Shown here in pieces: positions 24,401-36,400 of a stretch of DNA of 64,000 nucleotides (its first letter is position 1; every line of letters starts with the position of its first letter). The stretch is from Mobula hypostoma (taxonomy: Eukaryota). The DNA lies in NCBI RefSeq assembly GCF_963921235.1, contig NC_086097.1, positions 49,168,001-49,232,000 on the forward strand. The letters run 5' to 3'. Below the pieces are notes generated by a model. The model searched no databases and was not told where the DNA came from. It saw only the letters and a program-made list of their open reading frames with translations. The translations under genes were made by a program, and so were the position numbers.

Positions 24401-27400
24401 CAAACCAGCAGAAATGGATCACTCAGTTGGAGTCTGGATTACTAGAACTAAGAAAGTTTTATTAAAGAAACAAGCAACACAGTACTCTAATCAAAAGGAT
24501 AATGAATGCAACAGTTCAGCAATGATAAACACACATGTACACAGAATTAGGATAACAGGATCAATCAAGCTCTATCGTCATCTAGGGGTAAATGACCAGT
24601 TTCAAAGTGACGCAAAGTTCAGTTCAATTGAATTCAGTTCAGTTCGCAGTAATCACTGCCGTGGGAGATGGACAGTGGGGGGAAGGAGAGAGAGAGCAAA
24701 AACGAATGAATATTCAAACGGCTTCCACACAGACCTTCGATATTCTTTGCAGTCAGCTTTCGGGCGAGCCCTTTGTGATGTCTTCTGAGGTCACCGACCG
24801 TGACCCCTCCGTTTCCAGATACGATCGTTTCTCTGCGGTGAACCTGGCACCCAGGCAAGGGCAGACACACACCAGGTTCCCGCTGATCGTGCCTTTCCAC
24901 CCTGTGCGTCTATGGCTTGGTCCCGCGATCAGCCTTCCAAAACTTCCCACCGACTTGTGGGAGACGCACCACTTCCAGGGTCTCGTTACCTCGGGGTGTC
25001 GTGTGTGTCTTGCCTTAGCGAACCTGTCCCTTTTTATCCCCCTGCTGGGGTATCGCCTGTCCGTCACTTCAAACAGTTCAGGGTTCAAAGGGGGAGCCGA
25101 TCTTGACAGCTCTCCTTCCGTTAAGCTCTCCCGTCCCTTCATTAACATCTCCAAATGCTGCTCCATTGTTTTCCTTATCTCTCTTTCTCCAGAAGACAGG
25201 TGGCAGACCAACTGCTGATCCCACTGGTGCCAGCACAGGACAGCTAACATCTTAATCTATGTGTATTCTCGTCACATCACCATGTGGGATCTCCTTCTAA
25301 TGATGTTCCAGTTAGTTGTGGGAACACTTGTGGACATGTTTCCGAAACATGTTACTTGATAATGGCATAGAAGTGCTCAGATTATAAGACAGTGACGCAG
25401 AATAGATAATTTCCTTTGGCAGAGTTGCCAGGAGACAGATGCTGTGGGTGCAAGATTAAATTAATGGGACAAAATGAAGTGCAGAAGCACTTCTATATGG
25501 AGGAATTTTTCCAGGGCTGGTGATCAAGGCAGAAACAATGCTAACATCCTTGATCGGAGATTAAGTTGTTGTTGGGAATAGTTAGCAGGATACAAGAGCA
25601 AGATGCGTAACTTGCTGCAAGCACTGGCCCATGAAGACAGCAAACCCATTATCAGTGAGATCCCAATTGAATAGTTTGAGCCAAATGATATATTCTCATA
25701 TTGTAATTATATACTTCTAGTAAGAGACCAGAATTTCCTGGGAATTGCTGCCGATCATCACTTGGCTGCTGGCATTTACTGCTTCTCCTGTAAATCCAGC
25801 AAGTGTCGGTCTTCTCAGCAAATATAGAGGCACTGAACTTGCTGGGCAAGTTACCCTGGCAAATTCCTGGAAACATTGATGGAATAATGCAATAGCAGAG
25901 CACTAACTTAAAGAATCTCCCAAAGATCGGAGGCAGGAACAGCAAATCCAATCAACTTCTTCACTACTCTACTGCAAAAAAAAAGATAAACATGTTTTCA
26001 AGAGAGAATGCACCGAAGGTTCCTCTGAATGGTTCCTTGGAGGCTAAGCCTGTCATGTGAGGAGAGATTGTATAGGGCAGGCCAGGCTATTGGTTAGAGT
26101 TTAGAAGTATGAAAGGTGACTTCATCAAAACAAACAAAGTTTGTTTAGCAGAGAAGATACAAAGAGGATGTTTTACTTGTCCAAGGAGTGTGGATCTTAG
26201 GGTCAAGCTAAGGAGTAGGACATTCATGACAGAAATGACAAGAAGTTTCTTCATACAGAGGACTGTGGATCTGTGGAATTCTGTACCCCCGAGGGCAATG
26301 AAGGCTGATTCATTTTCTACATTCAAAATGGAGCTTGATAGAATTTCAGATATTAGAGTCAACTGCATGAGTGAGAATATGGAGTCAATGTTAGGCCAAT
26401 AATGAGGGCAACTTTCCTCCCTTGAAATAAATAAGTAAACCAGATGGGTTTATAATTAAAATTCCCAAATTTTAAGAACTGAATTTAAATTCCACACCTG
26501 ACAGAACTCAATGGTAGATTATTAGTCTGGGTTACTTGTGTGGTAATTTAACTGCTGTATCCAGTGGCATACCAAAGATATGGCAGATATGGCACGTGCC
26601 CTGGGCACCACTTGAAGGGGGGGGGGCGCCATTGAGCAGTTTCTATTAAAGTCAGACAAGACATCCTCAGATAGTGAAAAAAGAATTTTCTTCAGATGTA
26701 TGATCTGTCTTTGATTATCACGGGTGAGAAGCACTAGGATGGCCTTATTTCAGAGCATTGTGTAAGAAGGCCATGAAACGTTTCTTCACGAAGAAGAAGG
26801 AAAGTGGAGCTGAAGGACGGAAGAGACAAAAGTTGGAGGCGGAGGAAGCCAAGAAGTCGAGCAAGTTCTTCATGCCCTTCTTTGAAAAGCCCAGAACAAG
26901 TAGTTCAACACGTTCCATGGAGTCACCTGCACCTGCTCCAAGTTCGTTAGAATCCGAAGGTGGATCAAGTACAAATGCGTCACAAGCCGAGGAAGAAGTC
27001 AAGTCAGATAAATCTGACTATGACGAGATTAAGAGTGAGGCTGCCACAGAGAACTTGGACATGACAGGAGGGGAAGACGATGGTGGTGGTGGTGATGTTG
27101 AGTATATTGACGAGATTTTACCTGACGAGATTGAACCTGATGACACTGAACCTAGTGAACTGGATGGTGTCAAAGAGCCTCGAACCGTCATACCAGAAGT
27201 GATTGAACAGCCTGACGTTGGACTTCTGAAGTTCGACAAGAATACTGGAAAAGCAATTCTGCCTGAAGCATTGAGAACAGAAATAATAAAGCTGGGTTTG
27301 AAGTATTTCCAGAACAGTGAGGAGCCTTTCCTACTAACAAATAGCCGCTCAATGAACAAAACTTGGTTCAAGAGGGAATTGGGAAATGGTCGTGGTACGG

Positions 27401-30400
27401 AAGTGACTCGCTAATGGCTGGTCTATTCCCCTTCTAAAAAGTCTGCATTTTGTATCTGTTGTCTTCTCTATTCCCGGTCAGACCATCAATCCTCATTGGA
27501 GCAGGAAAGTGCATTCAACCAGTAGAAAGCACCTGAAAGGATTGGTGTTCATGAAAATGCCAAGAATCATCAGGAATGGAAGGAAATGGAAAGAAATTTG
27601 GCTGGAAACAGAGGAGTTATTGACGCGGTATTTCAGTCACAGATTGAGAAGGAAAAGCAGAAGTGGCGTGGTATCTTGATGAGAATCCTTCACTGTATAA
27701 AATTCCTTGTGACTCAGAACCTGGCTTTGCGAGGACACAGGGAGTCACTTCAGCTAGACGATGACTCCAATGTGGGAAATTGCCCTTGGCTTACTGAAAC
27801 TACTGACCATCTTTGACCCTGTCATAAAAGAACACCTCACTCATTTGGAAAGTCATCCTGGATCCACATTTTATCTTTCACCGGGTGTCCAGAACGAATT
27901 CATCTGCATGATGGCATCCACTGTTCACCAGAGTTTACTGAGAAGCATTTGTAAAGCCAAGTACTATGGTCTCATGTTCGACTTGACTCCTGATTAGGCA
28001 CACTGTGAGCAGATGTCAGAAGTAGTGAGGTTTGTGGAAGTTGATTTTGAGAGGAAAACAGTCCGTGTTAGAGAGTCCTTCCTCGGTTTTATCCAGATAA
28101 GCCAGAAGGATGCTGAGAGCTTGGTTGAAGACATCTTGAAACAGCTAGAGGAGGATGAAATGGAGCTACAAGATTGTCAGTCACAGTGCTATGACAACGC
28201 TGCTGTGATGGCTGGACACATAAGTGGTGTTCATCAAAGAACAAGTGAGAAAAACAACCTGGCAGTGTTTGTGAATTGCGATAATCACTCACTCAACTTG
28301 GAGGGTGTACATGCAGTCAAGCAGGATACAATGATGGTCACGTTTTTTGGAACCATCGAAGCTCTCTACTTGTTTTTGTCTCGTTCAACACAGTGCTGGA
28401 AAAATCTCAAAAACGCCGTGCCCGTGGTTGTTAAGTCGGAGTCCAAAACCAGGTGGAGTGCAAGGACAGAAGCAGTGAAGTCCGTCAACAAGTACCTTGA
28501 GGAGAAACTTCAAGTTCTCCAGGACATGATAGACAGTGAAAACGAGACCAGTGAAACAAGAAGTGACGCAAGGCAGCTGTACAACTGCATGTTGAGTTAT
28601 GATTTTCTGATTTTGCTAGGATTTTGGAACAAAGTACTCATTCGCATTGACCACATTCTAAGGAGGCTGCAGGATCCTAACATGAACTTCCACAATGCTG
28701 CCCTGGATTTGAAAGCCCTTCAAGATCATTTTTATGATGAAAGAGAAGTGTTAGTCAGTGAGTCACTCGAAGAAGGAGTCGGTCTCTGTCAAGAATGGAA
28801 TATTGAAGTTGAAAGACGTCAGAGACGAAAGAAACAAATGGTTGATGAGAACTCGAGAGACGCTGGGTTAGCTTCTAAGGAGGAAGTGGAAGGGGTCATG
28901 AAGGGTACACTTGACCATCTTCACAGAGAAATGGACCGTTCGCTCGTTTGCACGACACTGACGCCAAGTTTGGGTTCCTTCTTGATGTCGAGGGACTGTG
29001 TTACGGTGCCGACAGTAACGACCTAAAGAAGAAGTGTGAAAATCTGGGCAAATCGTACAGCTCGGATGTTGATGGACAGTGGTTATATGAAGAAAATTTG
29101 GATTGCAGAATGTTGCTATTAAGGTGGGTCAACATGAAAATATCAAGCACTGAAGAGCTTCTTGAATTTATTGTTCAGTATGGAGATGAGAGCGTCTTCC
29201 CCAATCTTCGCATTGCTGTTCAGATAATGCTAACCATCGCAGTTTCCATCGCCGGCTGTGAGAGATCATTCAGCAAGTTAAAACTAATACTTTCACATTT
29301 GAGAGCCTCCATGGATCAAGGCAGACTCTGTGATCTTGCTCTGCTGAGTGTAGTAAGAGAAGAAACTGAAAAAACTGACTTTGATCACATCATAGACCAA
29401 TTTGCATCAGTGAAAGCAAAGAAGGTGCAGTAATAATTTTCCTGTAGTGCTATAATTTGTTAATTAAAAGATTAATGAGCTTGACCTGTATTTTTGAGCT
29501 GATATTATGGCAAAGTTATCTAAAAGATGGGTGTCAGATGTTTGGACAGGGGCGCAATTTCAGTGCTTGCCATAGGCGCTATTTTCCGTAGATAGGCACC
29601 TGACTGTATCACCACTGCAACAACTTGTTATATAATAACATAAACCAGACTCCAATTCACACCCAATATCGGCTCTTTATCCAAATGCTAACCATGCCCT
29701 TCCCCCACAGATGCTACGTAACCTGATGAGTTCTTCAGGCAGCTTGGTTTTGCTCCAGATTGCAGCATCTACAGTCTCTTTTGTCTCCATCTTAGATCTG
29801 CACTATATCAATTAGTATCTATGCCTTATAATCAACTTCAACATAATGGGTGCACATCCAAAGTCAAACTCTTTTCTTTAGCACTGTTATTTACTTTCCA
29901 CAAAAATTGGAAAACATCATTACATTTAGGTATACAATTACTATTTTGTTACCAGACAATACCATATTTGTACTGTACATACCTGTTCATTGTAGATCTC
30001 AAACATGCTAAAATAAACCTACAAAAAACAATTGACATCCAATAAAGTGGCAGATTTAGATGTTAAACCTATTTTAAACAAACTTAGAAATACTATAAAA
30101 ATGATGGAGCTTCTTACATAAAACTCTATGTCATTCTTTTGATGCAACTTAATCTGCTTGAAGAGTTCTTCACAAATCATGGGAACAAGACCTCTGTTTC
30201 TTCCAAATCCTGTCATGGAGTGGCTCTTCCCTGATCCGGTCTGTCCATAGGAAAAGAGAGTTGCATTGTACCCCTGCCAGGCATTCTCCAGCACAGCTCT
30301 CCCAAGGTCATTAAAGATTCTTTCCTTTCAATGAATGTCAGAAATGAATTCACAGTAATATAAAAATCACAATATTCAAAATTATTCTGCAAATCGAGGT

Positions 30401-33400
30401 AGATTTTTAATGCTTTAAAATAACACTGCATAACATTTGTTAATGTTGGCTGTTCTTATTTTCTTATTTATTTGTAGAGAGTTTCACTTAAGAGGAGCCA
30501 AGAGGCACGATAGCTTAAAAGAGGCAGATACTGGTTCTTCCTGGTGCAGAGGCACATTGTTAGTTAATAGTTGATTGACTTATTAGCTCATTGACAGCAG
30601 CCAAGCAGAGTGGCCATTCTGAAGTTTCCATTGTGAGAACAGGCTGGTAAATGAGTGGAGACCTGAGGCTTTGTTGTGAAGTGGTGTGGGAAGTACCTCA
30701 GGTGATAAGAGTGAGAGCAGCTCTTTGGAAATGCTTCAGTGAGAAGGTACAGTTAAGAAGAAGGCAGATTTTTTTGTTGTTGATCCTTATTTTCCTCATT
30801 CAGTCCAGACAGGATGATAGTCAGGGCAGTGGAATGCTCCTCCTTCAAGATGTGGAAAGTCAGAGAATCTCATGGTCTCACTGGTGACTACATCTGTGGG
30901 AAATGCATCCAGCTGTAGCTCATGACAGACTGGGTCATGGAACTGTAGATTCTCAGGATCATTTGAGAGCCTCACAGATGAGCATTTTAGAGAGGTGGTC
31001 AAACCTAAAGTCCGAGTTTCAGCTAGATGGGTATCTGCAAGGAGAAATAAGGGTGGTAGGCAGTCAGTACAGGGTTCCTCTGTGACCATTTTCCTCACAA
31101 ATGGATATACCTCTTTGGAGCTCTATCTACAGAGGTCTGAAAGAGGTGGCTGAAGAGATAGTGGAGGCATTAGTAATGATCTTTCAACAATCATTAGATT
31201 ATGGCATGGTTCCAGAGGACTGGAAAATTGTAAATGTCACTGCATTCTTCTAGAAGGGGCAGAAGAAAGGAAATTATGGGCCAGTTAGTCTGACCTCAAA
31301 TGGTTGGGAAGACATTGGGGTCAATTGTTAAGGATGTGGTTTCAGGGTATTTGGTGGCATGTGATAAAATAAGCCAAAGTCAGCATGGTTTCGTTAAGGG
31401 AAAATCTTGCCTGACAAATCTGTCAGAATTCTTTGAAGAAATAACAAACAGGATAGACAAAGGAGAGTCAGTGGATGTTCTTTACTTGGATTTTCAGGAG
31501 GCCTTTGAGAAGGTGCTTCACATGAGGCTGCTTAACAAATTTAAGAACCCATGGTATTACAGGAAAGAGACTAGCGTGGCTGGAGAATTGGCTGACTGGC
31601 AGGAAACAGTGGGAATAAGGGAGCCTTTTCTGGTTAGCTGACGGTGAATGGTGCTGTTCCACATTGGTCTGTACTGGGGCCGCTTATTTTTACATTATAT
31701 GTCAATGACCTGATGACAGAATTGATGACTTTGTTGCAAAGTTTGCGGATGATATGAAGATATGTGGAGGAGCAAGTCGTTTTCAAGAAGTAGAGAGGCC
31801 ATTGAAGGATAAATTAGGAGAATGGGCAAAGAAGTGGCATATGGAAAACAATGTTGGGAAGTGTATGGTCACTTTAGTAGAAGAAACAAAAGTGTAGACA
31901 ATTTTCTAAGTGGAGAGAAAATTCAAAATTCTGAACCGCAGAGGGACTTGGCAGTCCACGTGCAAGATTCCCTAAAGGTTAATTTGAAGATTAAGTCGGT
32001 GAGGAAGGCAAATGAAATTCGTTTTGAAAGGACTAGGATATAAAAGCAAGGATATAATGTTGAGGCTTTAAAGGCACTGGTGAGGCCTCACTTGGAGTAT
32101 TGTGAGCAGTTTTGGGCCCCTTATATAAGAAAGGATATGCTGACCAGAATGTCATGAACAGAGCAAACACAAAAAGAGAAATAATGTATGAGATCATGAA
32201 AAGGCAACGTAACTTCATTGGACATGTGATCAGGAAAGAGGAGTTAGAATGCACAGTAATTATGGGAAAGATTGAAGGGAAGAAGGCAAGAGGAAGACAA
32301 AGACAAATGATGATGGAGACAGCAGCCAGAAAACTGGAAATGAATACCAATGAATTGATCCACTTGACCCGAAACAGGAGTGTGTGGGCCATGGCAGTCA
32401 AAGCTCAAACTGGGCATGGCACCTGATGATGATGATGACAGTGGAGGGATTTCAGAGGTTGTTCATGAGAATGATTCTGAGAATGAAAGAGTTACTCTGA
32501 TGTCTGTACTCACCTGGAACTCAGTAGAATGAGGGGGGATCTCGTTGAAGCCTTGAAAGGCCTAGATAGTGGATGTGGAGAGGGTGTTTCATCTGGTGGG
32601 GGAGTCTAGGACCAAGGGGCAAGAATTGCAGAATAGAGGGATGTCCATTTAGAACAGATGAGGAGGAGTTTCTTTGGCCTGAGTGTGGTGAGTCTATGGA
32701 ATTCAGTGCCACAGGCAGCTGTGTAGGCCGAGTCATTGTGTATATTTAAGGCAGAGGTTGACAGACTCTTGATTAGTCAGGCCATTAAGGTAATAGGGAG
32801 AAAGCAGGAAACTGGGGCAAAGAGGGAAATGGATCAGCCATTCTGAAATTGTGGAGCAGAATCAATGAGCTCTGGCTCTGAGGCTTGGGAAGAAAGAAAG
32901 ACAGGGTGGTCATGCCAGGAGACATGATTGTGGGGCCACAGAAAAGATGCCAAGATGCCGGGGTCAAGGATGTCTCTCAGTGGCAGAAAGAAAATTCAAA
33001 GAGGAGATGGAACAGCCAGAGGTTGCTGCCCATGTTCTGCCTATTTCATTACTACCAGCAATAGATGAGGTAATGAGGAGTGAAGTCTTAGATTTTTTTT
33101 ATTACAAGAAAGGAAGTCTTGACCAAGTGCTCCCCCGGATCTTGTGGGAAGCCAGAAAATAAATTGTGGCAGCCCTTGTAGAGACGTATGCTTCATCATT
33201 AACAACTGGTGAAGTTCCAGAACTGATGGGTGGCTAATGATTTTCCATTATTCAAAAAGGGTAGCAAAGGCAGGCAGAGTTCTACAGGCTGAAGTTATAG
33301 AAGGGAATTCTGAAGGACTGTAAACCCTGTTAGTCAAATTCATCGTTTGGATAGTTAAGGCCTGATCAGGAGTAGTCAGCATGGATTTGTGCATGGGAGG

Positions 33401-36400
33401 TCATGTCTAATGCATCTTTAAGTTTTTTGAAGAGATCACATAAGGTGATAGATAAAGGTTGGACAATAACAATCAATTACTGTCTATAATGGGTTTCAGT
33501 AAGGCTTTTGGCCAAGTCCAGCTCAGCAGGCTGATCTGGAAGATTAGGTCACATGGGGTTCAATGGGAACTTAAGGTGGAGTCAGAAATGGTTTGGTAAT
33601 AGGAAGCAGAGGGTGATCATTGAAGATTAATTCTCCTCTGGACTAGTGTGACTAGAGGAGTGGCCCCAGGGATCAGTATTGGGACCTCTGTTAAACATTA
33701 TTTATGTAAACAATTTGGATGTGAATGTATATGTCATGATTAGCAAATTTATTGATACTAAATCAGGCTGTCTTGTTGTCAGAGAGCAGGTTTAAATGAA
33801 TTACAAAATGATCTTGATCATTGGAGAGATGGGCTGAGTGCTGGCAAATGGATTTCAACTTGAATAGAACATAGGACATAGAAAACCTACAACACATTAC
33901 AGGCCATTCAGCCCACAATGTTGTGCCGACTATGTAACCTATTCTAGAAGCCACCTAGAATTACCCTACTGCATAGACTTCTATTTTTCTAAGCTCTATG
34001 TACTATTAAAAGACCCTATTGTATCTGCCTCTACCACCTTTGCTGGCAGTGCATTCCACACCCACCACTCTCTGTGTGAAAAACTTACCTCTGACATCCC
34101 CCTTGTACCTTAAAACTATGCTCCTCTTGTTAGCCATTTCAGCCCTGGGAAAAAACCTCTGGTTATCCACATGATCAATGCCTCTCACCATCTTGTACAC
34201 CTCTATCAGGTCATCTCTCATCCTCTGTTGCTCCAAGGAGAAAAGGCAAAGTTCACTCAACCTATTCTCATAAGGCATGCTCTCCAGGCAATTTCCTCGT
34301 AAATCTCCTCTGCACTCTCTCTATAACATCCCCATCCTTCCTGTAGTGAGGTGACCAGAAATGAACACAGTAATCCAAGTGGGGTCTAACTAAGGTCTTG
34401 TATAGCTATAACATTTCCTCACCGCTCTTGAACTCAATCCCACGGTTGATGAAGACCATACACCTTCTTAACAAGGCGATGCATGTGAAGTGATGCTGTT
34501 TGGTCATTCAAACCAGGGAAGAACTTGTACAGTGAATGGCAGGACTAATTGTTGTGGAACAGAGGGACCAGGGAGTACAAGTGCACAGTTCACTGAAAGT
34601 GGCCGCACAGATGAAGAAGGTGTTCAGCATGTTGGCCTCCATCGGTCAGGGCACTGAGTTAAGGAGTAGAGACATTGTGTTGCAGTTACAAGCTGCTGAT
34701 ATGGCTGCACTTGGAGCATTGTGTACAATCTTGGTCACCAGTCACAGGAAAGATGGTGCAGAAGAGATTTACCTGGCCTAGAGGGTCTGGGTTATCAGAA
34801 GAGGTTAGCCAAGCTGGATTTTTAATCCTTGGACCATAGCAGAGTGAAGAATGGCCACATAGCAGTTTATAAAATCATGGTGGGTATGGATAAGGTAGAT
34901 GGGCATAGTCTTTCTTCCCCAGAGTTAAGAGTCCAAAACTAGAAGGAACAGATGCAAGATGAGGAAAGGAGAGTTTCTAAGAGATCTGAGAGGCAACTTT
35001 ACACAGAGGCAATGAGTACGTGGAATGAGTTGCCAGAGATAGTGGTTGCGTGGGCACAATTGCAACATTAGGTATCCTGATGAGTACATGGAAGGGAAGG
35101 TCTTGGAGGGTTACGGGACTAGCAGGGAGGGTGCTGTAGTCAGCATGATCTGGTTGGGTTGCAGAGCTTGTTTCTGTGTTATGACTTTATCACTGGAAAA
35201 TCCATCTTTATTACATATCCCTTACCACCCCTGCAAGATCCAAACATTTCGGTAGGTTCTAGAATTGTTTAATGGTCTGAGTGTGTAAGGATGACAGATT
35301 GCCTTCCCTGAAAGACATTCACGAATCAGATCTTGTTTTAAAATCAATCCAATAGTATCCCTGAGTAGCTTTAAATGTTGAAATTCCAGAATTATTTCAT
35401 TTCAATTCCCATCAACTATGGTAAGAGATATCCAGGACTGTGGCTGCTGATCCATTAACTTAACCAGTATGCTGCAGGATTTGTATTGTATTTTATCACT
35501 CATAATTATAAAATCAAAAGCCAACAAATGAGATCAAGTATCTGAACAGATGTTTATCTAACTGACCTGATCGATGTACCTGCTGTGGGGCCCATCAGGC
35601 AGGAATACACCCTGGTCATCTTCAATGTATCCATCCATTGACCAATAGCAATAGTCAAAGTTAAATGTTCTTTTGTTGCTGAGATCTTTGGGATTGACAA
35701 TGGTAATACTGTTGCCAATCATAGAGATGATGCATTTTCTTCTCATTGCCTTTTCTCTCTTACAAAATCATATATGTGAAAAGAACAACCGTTCATTTAC
35801 TTAAATACATTCACTCTGTAAATCTACTGGATGCACAGGATCATGTCAGGAGTAAATCTATTAGGGCCCTAAGCAATACTGATTTGATCAGAAGTTGTAC
35901 AGTCAGTTAGTCCATCTGCTACATCCCATGTTTATCCAGAGTGTTCCAACACTTAGTATTTTTGAGAACGTTTTCAAGTTACCTCCACCCAATCCCAAAC
36001 TCATCCGATCTTCCATTAACTTCTCTAACAAATCTGTGGGAACCATTCATCTTGTTATCGATTCAAATAACTTCACTCACCAGCCTCCAATCTCTAATGA
36101 GATGGAGAAGGTGTTGAGCAATGAGGGGACCAATTCCACTCCAGCACACAGGAAGCAATGCCAGTTTAACACCAATTCTACTACTAGGTAATCAAGCCGC
36201 TCTATTCCCCCAATTCCTCGCAAAAATACTTTATCTCTAACACTTTTTTTTGAAGGCATGAGGATAATCCACCCCCAACAAAAAATGGAAAGCTCCAGAA
36301 GGCCACCTCCTTGTGGGTCCTTGAGGTATTAAATAACCATCATTATTTGTTAATATAGTGACAAAACACCTAACAGACAAACAGCAAACATTTTCATGTA

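Noticed and set aside
24339..25250. Overlapping 149-208 aa ORFs on both strands
   Set aside because: They lie inside the GC-rich solo LTR and show no recognisable domains.
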